Source: a bacterium
GTDB taxonomy: Bacteria; Patescibacteriota; Minisyncoccia; Minisyncoccales; RBG-13-42-11
Length of the DNA: 64,000 nt
Direction of reading: 5' to 3'
Assembly (NCBI GenBank): GCA_043817685.1
Contig: JBDRGQ010000004.1
Span: 10,842-74,841 of the forward strand
The notes beneath the pieces were generated by a model. That model had not been told where the DNA came from and did not search any database. It saw only the letters and a program-made list of their open reading frames with translations. Positions 8,100 to 16,823 of this stretch are shown piece by piece (position 1 is the first letter of the stretch; every line of letters starts with the position of its first letter). A program made the translations under genes and the position numbers.

Positions 8100-10061
8100 T
8101 TAATTTAATATTTCAAAACTTCTTTTAGATATTGCATCAGACAGCATCTGACAATAAAGATTCAATCCAACCTGGTTTATGTTGCCGGATTGTTCTCTCC
8201 CTAATATATTTCCCGCTCCTCTAATCTCCATGTCTCTTAGAGATATTTTATATCCTGAGCCAAGCTCTTCAGCTTCTTTTAAAGCTTTTAATCTTAGTTT
8301 GGCCTTATCTTTTAATTTCTTTCCATATAGAAAATAGGAAAAAGCCTTTATTCGGGATCTGCCCACTCTTCCTTTTATCTGATAGGCCTGGGCCAATCCC
8401 AATCTGGAAGCATCGGCAACTATCAAAGTGTTAACATTGGGAAGATCTAAACCGTTTTCAATAATAGTAGTTGCTATTAAAACGTCAATCTTTTTATTTT
8501 GAAACTCTTCCATTACTCTTATCAATTCTTTTTCTCTGAGCTTCCCATGGACTATTCCAATTTTAGCTTCAGGAACCAATTCTTCCAGAGATTTCTTTAT
8601 TATATCTATGTTTTCTACTCTGTTGTGCAGATAATATATTTGCCCTTTTCTTTTTAGTTCTTGTTTTATAGCTTCTTTCACAGTGTTTTTTGACCACAAA
8701 GCTAAGTTTATATTAACAGGGAGTCTTCCTTCTGGAGGAGTTTGGATTAGGCTAATATCTTTTAAAGAAGACAAGGAAAGATAAAGAGTTCTGGGTATCG
8801 GAGTGGCAGAAAGAGACAATATGTCTAAGGAAGTTCTGAGTTTTTTTAATTTCTCTTTTTGTCTTACTCCAAATCTTTGCTCATCGTCTATTATAAATAA
8901 TCCAAGGTTTTTGAATTCGATGTCTTTAGACAGTAAGCGATGGGTTCCAATGATTATATCAATCTTTCCTTTGTTTATTTCTTCTACCAATTCTTTTTGC
9001 TCTTTCTTAGTCTGAAGGCGGGAAATCAATCCAATTGTTACTGGAATGTTCTTTAATCTCTTTTTGAAATTCTGGAAATGTTGGTCAGCTAAAATAGTGG
9101 TTGGGCAGATTATAGCTACTTGGTATCCGGACTCGGCCGCCATCAAGGCAGTTCTTATGGCGATTTCTGTTTTTCCAAAGCCAACATCTCCGCAAACTAT
9201 TCTATCCATAGGTTTAGTTTTTTGAAGATCGTTTTTTATATCTTCTAAAACTTGTATTTGATCAGGTGTTTCTTCAAAGGGAAAACTTAAGGCTAATTGT
9301 CTGTCTAAATCGTCATCAGTCAAATAGGGAGGACGAATTGTTATTTCTCTTTTGGCAGCTATATCTAGAATCTCTTTGGCCAGTTTTTCTGTCTCTTCTC
9401 TTATTTTCTTTTTAGTTTTCTGCCATAAAGAAGATCCTAATCTAGATATTCTAGGTTCAGTAAACCCCACATATCTAGACAGTTTTCTTTCCAAGCCGAC
9501 AGGAACATATAATTTATCTTCTGAAGCATATTCTAATAAATAGTATTTTTGGTTATTCATTAATACTTGCTGGGCGTATTTTCCTATCCCGTGATCTAAA
9601 TGAACTAGATAATCTCCAGACTTTAGATTATTTAAATCGGAGAATAGTTTCTGAGATTTGAGTTTCTTTTTAAGGATTGTTTTAACGCTTTCTTCGCTCT
9701 CTATTTCTATGGGTAGCTTTTCTATGTTTTCAATTTCATTTCCAAGGAAATCTAATCTGACAGCATACATAGAGTTGATAGGAAATATTTCAATAATCCC
9801 TCCTTTTTGGGAGAATTCTCCGGGAAAGGACACTTTCAATACTTTCTCGTATCCCATTTCATCTATTTTTCTTAAAAGTTCAGAAAAGTTAATCTTTTGG
9901 TTCTTTTGTAGGAAAAGAGTATTGTCTTGGAAAAAAGACTGAGTTTTCCTTACTTTTAATATTTTTTTTATATTATCTTCAATCCAAAGATTCCCCTTTT
10001 CTAAAAAGTAGGGGGTAATAGCACATATCAATATCTTTTCAGCTTCTCTTGACAAATTCAT
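8100..10061 (-). CDS. mfd: Transcription-repair coupling factor, short form (Mfd lacking the N-terminal UvrB-homology domains)
   Basis: An RNAP-interacting/CarD-like segment is present (YLVHLDHGIGKY...LEYASEDKLYVPV). It is followed by an SF2 helicase core (GDVGFGKTE, DEQRFG) and a TRG-like C-terminus. Length is 653 aa, versus roughly 1100 aa for canonical Mfd. Confidence 0.75.
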   Translation of the reverse strand: MNLSREAEKILICAITPYFLEKGNLWIEDNIKKILKVRKTQSFFQDNTLFLQKNQKINFSELLRKIDEMGYEKVLKVSFPGEFSQKGGIIEIFPINSMYAVRLDFLGNEIENIEKLPIEIESEESVKTILKKKLKSQKLFSDLNNLKSGDYLVHLDHGIGKYAQQVLMNNQKYYLLEYASEDKLYVPVGLERKLSRYVGFTEPRISRLGSSLWQKTKKKIREETEKLAKEILDIAAKREITIRPPYLTDDDLDRQLALSFPFEETPDQIQVLEDIKNDLQKTKPMDRIVCGDVGFGKTEIAIRTALMAAESGYQVAIICPTTILADQHFQNFKKRLKNIPVTIGLISRLQTKKEQKELVEEINKGKIDIIIGTHRLLSKDIEFKNLGLFIIDDEQRFGVRQKEKLKKLRTSLDILSLSATPIPRTLYLSLSSLKDISLIQTPPEGRLPVNINLALWSKNTVKEAIKQELKRKGQIYYLHNRVENIDIIKKSLEELVPEAKIGIVHGKLREKELIRVMEEFQNKKIDVLIATTIIENGLDLPNVNTLIVADASRLGLAQAYQIKGRVGRSRIKAFSYFLYGKKLKDKAKLRLKALKEAEELGSGYKISLRDMEIRGAGNILGREQSGNINQVGLNLYCQMLSDAISKRSFEILN

Positions 10062-10266
10062 TCAATTAAGTATAATATAAGATTATAGTTTTATTGTCAA
10101 TTTGCATTTTGTTTTCCGGTCTATCTGCGAGTGGCCTACAATGTTCTGGACATCCCTCCTTTAGTCCAGATAGCCGATAAAGTCAGTGTTTTGAAAGTTT
10201 TCTTTTAAAATACTAACGCTCGCAGGTAGGCCGGAGGACAAAATATATTATGAAAGGGGTAAAAAA

Positions 10267-10767
10267 TTGTTTATAAAAGTTTTCAAAAGGTTTTTTGCCG
10301 CTTTTTTAGCTTTCAAAAATCCAGAATTGCTTCGGCTATATGAATATTCCGGAGCATTGTCTAAACACTTCTTTAAGTGTTTAGCAATTAAGGAAATAGC
10401 TCACGCTCAAAATGGACAGCTATTCTCTATGATTTTTATAGATCTGGATAACTTCAAGGAATTCAATGATACTTACGGTCACGTGAAGGGCGATGATTAT
10501 CTTAAGCGTTTTGTTGAAACAATTAAGAAATGTTGTCGTTCCTACGATTTGGTCGGAAGTTGGGGTGGAGATGAATTTGTTCTGCTTTTACCTAGAACTA
10601 CTGCTGATCAAGCACAATCTATAGTTAAAAGAATAAATTCTTTTTTCCCATTCTTTTCTTGGGGAATTAGTATCTGGTCTGAGGGAGATGATCTTAAAAG
10701 TCTTGTAGAAAGGGCTGACCAGAGAATGTTTGAGGCTAAAAGAGCAAAAAAGGCCGGGGATCGATAG
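10267..10767 (+). CDS. Minimal standalone GGDEF-domain protein (putative diguanylate cyclase)
   Basis: The GGDEF signature is intact (SWGGDEFVLLLP) and is preceded by IFIDLDNFKEFNDTYGHVKGD. Length is 166 aa with no sensor domain. The start codon is TTG, with no in-frame upstream ATG. A GGAGGA RBS and a uORF-like ATG lie just upstream. Confidence 0.75.
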   Translation: MFIKVFKRFFAAFLAFKNPELLRLYEYSGALSKHFFKCLAIKEIAHAQNGQLFSMIFIDLDNFKEFNDTYGHVKGDDYLKRFVETIKKCCRSYDLVGSWGGDEFVLLLPRTTADQAQSIVKRINSFFPFFSWGISIWSEGDDLKSLVERADQRMFEAKRAKKAGDR

Positions 10768-10784
10768 TTTCATCCTCGGCTTTT

Positions 10785-11348
10785 CTATTTATTGTATTCC
10801 GTCATTGCCTCATTCTCTTCTCCTTTTAATATCATATCTAAGGCTTCGTCAGTCTTTTTAAATACATCTTTTAAATTACCAAGCTTGTTTATTTTTCTAA
10901 GAACAAAGATTTCCGAATGTTTAACTTTTCCTTTGCTAGGTTGAATTCCTATTCTTATCCTTTTGAAATCTTTTGTGCCGATAATTTTAATAATAGAGTC
11001 TATTCCTTTATGTCCGGCTGTCCCTCTGTCTTTTACTATTCTTATTTTCCCGAAAGGCAGATCTATATCGTCTTGTAGAACTATTAGATTGTCATTGTTT
11101 ATTTTCCATTGATTCATTAAAGCTCCTACGGCAGAACCGGATGAATTCATGAATGTCTGAGGTTTAGCCAATATAACCTTTTCTCCATTTATCTTGTCTT
11201 CTGCTATTTCTGATTTAAGTTTTTTATCCATCTTAAACTCAGGGAAGTTTTTTCCCCTTGAAAAGAAGTCTATAGCCAAAAATCCTATATTATGCCAGGT
11301 TTTTTCGTATTTTTCTCCTGGATTACCCAGTCCGACGATTAAAAACAT
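10785..11348 (-). CDS. pth: Peptidyl-tRNA hydrolase
   Basis: The N-terminus MFLIVGLGNPGEKYEKTWHNIGF is a Pth signature, and the GHKGI motif is present. Confidence 0.85.
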   Translation of the reverse strand: MFLIVGLGNPGEKYEKTWHNIGFLAIDFFSRGKNFPEFKMDKKLKSEIAEDKINGEKVILAKPQTFMNSSGSAVGALMNQWKINNDNLIVLQDDIDLPFGKIRIVKDRGTAGHKGIDSIIKIIGTKDFKRIRIGIQPSKGKVKHSEIFVLRKINKLGNLKDVFKKTDEALDMILKGEENEAMTEYNK

Positions 11349-11403
11349 GTTATTCCATTATCTTATCATTTCTCTTGCCAAAAAGTAAAATATTGAGTAT
11401 AAT

Positions 11404-11952
11404 TTGAACATGAAAAGTTTCTTTGGTTTTCTTTGGGAAATAGTTAAAATAGTCGTGATTGCCCTTGTAATAGTTTTGCCTATCCGCTATTTTTTGTTTC
11501 AGCCTTTCTTTGTAAACGGTCAGTCAATGGATCCTAATTTTGAAGATGGGGATTATCTAATAGTGGATGAGTTAAGTTATAGGCTAAGGGCGCCCGAGAG
11601 AGGAGAAGTTGTTGTTTTTAACTATCCCAATGATATCTCCCAAAAGTATATTAAAAGAATTATTGGACTTCCCGGAGAGACATTAGAGATAATAGACGGG
11701 AAAATATACATAACAAATACAGAAAGAAAAATAGAACTGGATGAGTCAGGATATCTTCCTTCTGTTTACACTACAGGGACTATTAGGGTGAATTTGGATG
11801 AAGAAGAATATTTTGTTCTAGGAGATAACAGGACTGTTTCATCTGATTCCAGACGTTGGGGAACTCTACCAAGAAAAAATATTATTGGTCAGGCATTTTT
11901 TAGAGCTTGGCCCTTTGCTTCTTTAACTAAAATATCAGCTCCAGTTTATTAA
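11404..11952 (+). CDS. lepB: Signal peptidase I
   Basis: An N-terminal TM segment is followed by the catalytic-Ser box NGQSMDPN, the box YIKRIIGLPGE and GDNRTVSSDSRRWG. Confidence 0.8.
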   Translation: MNMKSFFGFLWEIVKIVVIALVIVLPIRYFLFQPFFVNGQSMDPNFEDGDYLIVDELSYRLRAPERGEVVVFNYPNDISQKYIKRIIGLPGETLEIIDGKIYITNTERKIELDESGYLPSVYTTGTIRVNLDEEEYFVLGDNRTVSSDSRRWGTLPRKNIIGQAFFRAWPFASLTKISAPVY

Positions 11953-11957
11953 AATAT

Positions 11958-13259
11958 ATGGCAAATAAAAACAAGATACAAAGAGTAAGCGGAATGCACG
12001 ATATATTGCCAGAAGAACAGCATTATTTTGATAAGATTTACGATGTCTGCAAAAATGTTGCAGATTTTTATGATTTTAAAAAAATAGATACTCCGTTTTT
12101 AGAATATTCAGACTTATATGCTAAAGGAACAGGCCTTTCTACAGATATTGTTCAAAAGCAGATGTATTCTTTAAGAACAAGAGGAGGAGATTTGTTAACT
12201 TTGAGACCGGAGTTCACTCCCGGGATAGTCAGATCTTACATAGAACACGGAATGCAGAATCTTCCCCAACCAGTAAAATTATATTCTTATGGTTCTGTTT
12301 TCAGGTATGAACATCCACAAGCCGGAAGATACCGCCAGTTCCGCCAGTTCAATGTTGAGATCATAGGAGACGAAAATCCTGTTGTGGATGTTCAGCTTAT
12401 TCAGTTTTTCTACAATATATTAAAAGAATTAAAAATAAAGAACTTAATTATAGAAGTTAACAGCATAGGAGATAGCCAGTGCAGGCCCTATTATAAGAAG
12501 TTATTGGTTAATTATTTAAAATCCAGAGATTCGGCTTTATGCGCTGATTGTAGAAGAAGAGCAAAAACTAATCCTTTGAGAGTTTTGGATTGTAATGAAG
12601 AAAAGTGTCAGAGAATTATGAGTCAGGCTCCCCAAACAATAGATCATTTGTGCGACGAATGTCATTCACATTTCAAAAGCGTTTTGGAATTGTTGGATGA
12701 AGCTGAAATTCCCTATAGATTAAATCCTAATTTGGTAAGAGGTTTGGATTATTACACTAAAACAGTGTTCGAGATTTTTTCTGAAGAAAGAACTAAGAAA
12801 GAAGGAGAAAATTCTATTCCCAGATTGTCTTTAGTGGCTGGTGGAAGATACGATGCTTTAGTAAAATTATTGGGAGGAGAATCTGTTGGGGCTACAGGCG
12901 GAGCAATGGGAGTAGAAAGAGTTAATTTGTTGGTCAAAGCAAAAAACGGAAAGGCTCCGAAAACAACAGTTCCTCAAGTATTCTTGGCCCAATTAGGAAA
13001 TGCGGCCAAAAGAAAGAGTTTGAAATTGTTTGAGGATTTTAGGAAAGCCAAGATAAGAGTTGCAGAAACATTCGGAAAAGATTCTTTAAAAGCTCAATTA
13101 AGATCCGCAGATAAATTAGAATCTAGATATACTTTATTGCTTGGCCAGAAAGAAGTTTTAGAAGGAACGATAATTATCAGAGACATGAAATCAGGGAAGC
13201 AAGACACTGTTAAATTTGATAAAGTCGTTAAAGAAATAAAGAAAAGGCTAAAGAAATAA
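11958..13259 (+). CDS. hisS: Histidine--tRNA ligase
   Basis: Class II aaRS motifs and the HisS-specific RGxDYY-like region (VRGLDYYTK) are present. There is a Cys-rich insertion and a C-terminal anticodon-binding domain. Confidence 0.9.
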   Translation: MANKNKIQRVSGMHDILPEEQHYFDKIYDVCKNVADFYDFKKIDTPFLEYSDLYAKGTGLSTDIVQKQMYSLRTRGGDLLTLRPEFTPGIVRSYIEHGMQNLPQPVKLYSYGSVFRYEHPQAGRYRQFRQFNVEIIGDENPVVDVQLIQFFYNILKELKIKNLIIEVNSIGDSQCRPYYKKLLVNYLKSRDSALCADCRRRAKTNPLRVLDCNEEKCQRIMSQAPQTIDHLCDECHSHFKSVLELLDEAEIPYRLNPNLVRGLDYYTKTVFEIFSEERTKKEGENSIPRLSLVAGGRYDALVKLLGGESVGATGGAMGVERVNLLVKAKNGKAPKTTVPQVFLAQLGNAAKRKSLKLFEDFRKAKIRVAETFGKDSLKAQLRSADKLESRYTLLLGQKEVLEGTIIIRDMKSGKQDTVKFDKVVKEIKKRLKK

Positions 13260-13594
13260 TGGACTGTATCTTTTGTAAAATAGCAAATAAAGAGATGCCG
13301 AAAGAGTTTTTGTACGAGGATGATCAAGTGGTAGCTTTCGACGACATAGCACCGAAAGCTCCTATCCATATTCTAATAATTTCTAAAAAACACATTGATT
13401 CGGTAAATAATTTAAAAGAAGAAGATAAAGAATTAATAGGAAAAATGATTTTGGTAGCCAGAAACATAGCTAAAGAAAAAGACGTGTCTGAAGCGGGCTA
13501 TAGATTACTTTTTAACACTGGTAAAAACGCTGGACAAACGGTCGATCATATACATTTACATTTAATCGGAGGAACAAAACTTCCTTTCGCTTAA
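13259..13594 (+). CDS. HIT-family (HINT) nucleotide hydrolase
   Basis: The histidine triad DHIHLHLIGG is present. Length is 111 aa. Confidence 0.8.
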   Translation: MDCIFCKIANKEMPKEFLYEDDQVVAFDDIAPKAPIHILIISKKHIDSVNNLKEEDKELIGKMILVARNIAKEKDVSEAGYRLLFNTGKNAGQTVDHIHLHLIGGTKLPFA

Positions 13595-13595
13595 T

Positions 13596-13838
13596 ATGGT
13601 ATTAGAAGTTAAAAAACAAGAGAGAGAGACAACTCAAGCTTTAATAAGACGTTTCACAAAAAACATTCAAAGAAGCAGGATTTTAATGCAGGCCAGGAAA
13701 AACAGGTTTTACCAAAGGACAAAATCAGTCCAGATAAAAAAAAGAGCAGCATTAAGAAGAGAAACGGCAAAAATTCGATACGAGAAATTAAAAAAGCTCG
13801 GTCAGCTTAAAACAAATGTCTCTAAAAGAAGAAATTAA
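13596..13838 (+). CDS. rpsU: 30S ribosomal protein S21
   Basis: An 80-aa, very basic protein with the ALIRRF..FYQR pattern. It sits in the conserved rpsU-yqeY-ybeY context. Confidence 0.75.
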   Translation: MVLEVKKQERETTQALIRRFTKNIQRSRILMQARKNRFYQRTKSVQIKKRAALRRETAKIRYEKLKKLGQLKTNVSKRRN

Positions 13839-14304
13839 TCAAGCTTTAAAAACCTTTTTGAAAGAGAAAAAGGAATTAGAAGTTTCAACCCTAAGACAAT
13901 TATTGTCCTCTATTTTGAATAAGGAAAAAGAAAAAAGATTCACTTTGTCAAAAGAAAATCCAAACATTACAGAAGAAGACAGTCAATTAGTTGACGAAGA
14001 GATTTTAGATGTAGTTAGTTTGGAAGCTAAAAAAAGAAGAGAAGCTATAGAAGGATTTGAAAAAGGAGGAAGAACGGAATCTGCGGAAAAAGAAAAAAAA
14101 GAATTGGAAATATTAAAAAATTATTTGCCGGAACAACTTTCGGAAGAAGAAATAAATAATTTAGTGACAGAAGCAGTTAATAAGGTTGGGGCAAAAGAAA
14201 TTAAAGACATGGGAAAAGTAATGGCAGAATTAATGCCCAAAACCAAAGGAAAAGCAGACGGTGCTTTAGTTGGAAAAATTGTAAAAGAAGCGCTTGGTCA
14301 ATGA
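13816..14304 (+). CDS. GatB/YqeY-domain protein
   Basis: The YqeY-like C-terminus is present (EEEINNLVTEAVNKVGAKEIKDMGKVMAELMPKTKGKADGALV). Confidence 0.75.
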   Translation: MSLKEEINQALKTFLKEKKELEVSTLRQLLSSILNKEKEKRFTLSKENPNITEEDSQLVDEEILDVVSLEAKKRREAIEGFEKGGRTESAEKEKKELEILKNYLPEQLSEEEINNLVTEAVNKVGAKEIKDMGKVMAELMPKTKGKADGALVGKIVKEALGQ

Positions 14305-14684
14305 TAGAGATAAACAATCTTACCAAAAAAAAGATAGATACTGATTTTTTGAAGAAAATTGGCCAAAATATATTAAAAAAAGAAAAAAGAAATGGTCTGG
14401 AAATCTCAGGCGCCCTAGTTGGACAATCTAGGATAAAAGAGATAAATAAGAAGTATAGGAGGAATAATAAGCCAACAGACGTCCTATCTTTTTTTTATGG
14501 AGATTCAGGAGAAATAATTATCTGCCTCGACATGGTAAAAAGAGGGGAAGAAGAGTTAGCCAGAGTATTTATACACGGATTGTTGCACATTCTGGGGTAT
14601 GACCACGAAAAAACCCAGAAAGAAGCTAAAATTATGCAGGGGAAAGAGAATTATTATTTATCACAAGAGTATGGCAAAAAGTAA
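14301..14684 (+). CDS. ybeY: rRNA maturation endoribonuclease YbeY
   Basis: The zinc-binding motif HGLLHILGYDHE is present. Length is 127 aa. Confidence 0.8.
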   Translation: MIEINNLTKKKIDTDFLKKIGQNILKKEKRNGLEISGALVGQSRIKEINKKYRRNNKPTDVLSFFYGDSGEIIICLDMVKRGEEELARVFIHGLLHILGYDHEKTQKEAKIMQGKENYYLSQEYGKK

Positions 14685-15894
14685 TTTAATTGCCGGATTA
14701 GATATAGGAACAGGGCATATTAAATTATTGGTTGTGAAACAAAAAGAAGACCAGCCTGGTTTTGAAGTAGTTTCCCAATTAAAGGAAACTTCTTTCGGGG
14801 TAAGAAAGGGAGTTGTTATTGATACAGAAAAGGTTTCCAGAATAATACAGATACTTTTAAACAGAGCCAGAGAAGAGACCGGCCAGAAAATAAATGCTGT
14901 TTTTACAAATATTGGAGGCAGCCATTTATCTTGTGTATCTTCCAGAGGGATGATTGCAGTATCTAGAGCAGACCAGAAAATTTCAGAAATGGATGTTGCT
15001 AGAGTTATAGAATCTGCTAAAACAGTTTCTTTGCCTTCCAATAGCCAGATTATGGAAGTTTATCCTAAAGAATTTATAGTTGATAACAATGACGGAGTAA
15101 AGGAAGCAATCGGCATGCACGGAGGAAGACTAGAAGTGGAAACAATGGTTTTGGCATGTTTTACCCCTTATTTGAATAATTTAACCCAGGCGATACTAGC
15201 CTCTGACCTTCGGATATTGGATGTTGTTCCTTCTTCTTTGGCCTCAGCCGAAGCAGTTTTAACTCCGAAACAAAAAGAATTAGGGGCAGCTATCTTAGAT
15301 ATCGGAGCTGGCACCTCTGAGTTGGCAATATTTGAGGAAGGAGAGCTGGTCCATTTAGTGGTGTTCCCCATGGGGTCAGCCAATATCACCAATGATATCG
15401 CCATTGGTCTGAAGACTGATATTGATACTGCAGAAGTTATAAAGATTGAAAAAGGGTCTTGCTCATTCAAAGGAAGTGATAAAAAAGAAAAGGTAGAAGT
15501 GGAAGGAGAAGATACTTTGATATTCTCTCAAAAAATGCTCTCCAGGATCATAGAGGCTAGAGTTTCAGAAATATTCGGAGAAGTCCAAAAAGAATTAAAA
15601 AAGATTCAAAAACAAGGAATGCTTCCTGCTGGAATTGTACTTACTGGCGGAGGTTCAAGGACTCCTAAAATAGTTGATTTGGCTAAAAAAGAATTAAAGC
15701 TTCCTTGCAGGATAGGGAAACCAATGGATTTTTATGGTTTGGAAGAAGATTTAAATTATGCCACTTCCTGCGGTTTGATTATGAGAGGAATGAGAGGATC
15801 TAATAGAAGCTTATCAATTTCTTCCAGTAATTGGACAGAAAAAACCAAATTCGTAGACAGGTTCAAAAAAATATTAAAAGTTTTTATTCCATAA
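14671..15894 (+). CDS. ftsA: Cell division protein FtsA
   Basis: Actin-like ATPase features are present (AGLDIGTGHIKLLV, LDIGAGTSELAIF, GIVLTGGGS). I place the start at ATG 14671 (MAKSNLIAGLDIGT), not the track's 14599, which runs into ybeY. Confidence 0.85.
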   Translation: MAKSNLIAGLDIGTGHIKLLVVKQKEDQPGFEVVSQLKETSFGVRKGVVIDTEKVSRIIQILLNRAREETGQKINAVFTNIGGSHLSCVSSRGMIAVSRADQKISEMDVARVIESAKTVSLPSNSQIMEVYPKEFIVDNNDGVKEAIGMHGGRLEVETMVLACFTPYLNNLTQAILASDLRILDVVPSSLASAEAVLTPKQKELGAAILDIGAGTSELAIFEEGELVHLVVFPMGSANITNDIAIGLKTDIDTAEVIKIEKGSCSFKGSDKKEKVEVEGEDTLIFSQKMLSRIIEARVSEIFGEVQKELKKIQKQGMLPAGIVLTGGGSRTPKIVDLAKKELKLPCRIGKPMDFYGLEEDLNYATSCGLIMRGMRGSNRSLSISSSNWTEKTKFVDRFKKILKVFIP

Positions 15895-15896
15895 TT

Positions 15897-16820
15897 ATGT
15901 TTACTAAAATTAAAGTTGTAGGACTTGGAGGTTCTGGGGGAAACGCCCTCTCCAGGATGAAAAAATGTAATATTAAGGGAGTAGAACTTATTGCCATGAA
16001 TACCGATGCTCAAGACCTGACCAAAACCAGAGCTGATTTTAAGATAAGAATCGGAAAAAAAACTACTCAAGGATTAGGCTCTGGCATGAACCCCGAAATA
16101 GGCAGAAAATCTGCTTTAGAAAATAAAGAAGACATAAAAAAATCTTTGCAGGGAGCAGAAATGGTTTTTCTTGCTTGTGGTCTGGGAGGCGGAACAGGGA
16201 CAGGTTCGATTCCAATAGTGGCAGAGATAGCCAAGGAAATGGGAATACTTACTCTGGCAGTTGTTACTAAACCTTTTTCTTTTGAGGGCCAGATTCGTCA
16301 GAAAATTGCTGAAAACGGAGCTAGAAAATTGAAAGATAAAGTAGATACTTTAATCACTATTTCCAATGATAAACTTCTAGCCACTTTGGATCCAAAAACC
16401 CCGTTAATGAGTGCTTTCTGGGCTTGCGATGATATTTTAAGACAGGCAGTTCAGGGAATATCTGATCTTATTTCATTGCCCGGAATTATTAATGTAGATT
16501 TTGCGGATGTTAAAGCTATTATGTCTAATGCTGGCTCTGCTATTTTTGGCGTAGGAAAAGCTCGAGGGGAAGGAAGAGCTCAAAAAGCAGCTCTATCAGC
16601 CATTAATTCTCCCTTGCTTGATGTTTCAGTAAAAGGAGCTAAAGGCGTATTGTTTAATATTTCTGGTGGAAAAGATATCAGTTTGGCTGAGATAGACGAA
16701 GTGGCTAATATCATAACTCAGGAAATGAATCCTGAGGCTAAAATTATTTTCGGAGCAGTCCAGGATGAAAAATTAAAAACTGGAGAAATAAAAGTAACTG
16801 TTATTGCTACGGGATTTTAA
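15897..16820 (+). CDS. ftsZ: Cell division protein FtsZ
   Basis: The tubulin signature GGGTGTG and the N-terminus VVGLGGSGGNA are present. I place the start at ATG 15897 (MFTKIKVVG), immediately after the ftsA stop codon. Confidence 0.9.
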   Translation: MFTKIKVVGLGGSGGNALSRMKKCNIKGVELIAMNTDAQDLTKTRADFKIRIGKKTTQGLGSGMNPEIGRKSALENKEDIKKSLQGAEMVFLACGLGGGTGTGSIPIVAEIAKEMGILTLAVVTKPFSFEGQIRQKIAENGARKLKDKVDTLITISNDKLLATLDPKTPLMSAFWACDDILRQAVQGISDLISLPGIINVDFADVKAIMSNAGSAIFGVGKARGEGRAQKAALSAINSPLLDVSVKGAKGVLFNISGGKDISLAEIDEVANIITQEMNPEAKIIFGAVQDEKLKTGEIKVTVIATGF

Positions 16821-16823
16821 AGG

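Noticed and set aside
10210-10245. An 11-nt match (CCUCCGGCCUA) to the c-di-GMP-I (GEMM) riboswitch core on the minus strand, upstream of the GGDEF gene.
   Set aside because: The match is on the strand opposite to the GGDEF gene, where it would be upstream of mfd. Only 11 nt match. No GNRA-tetraloop/receptor pair or second GEMM hairpin could be built, so it is probably chance.
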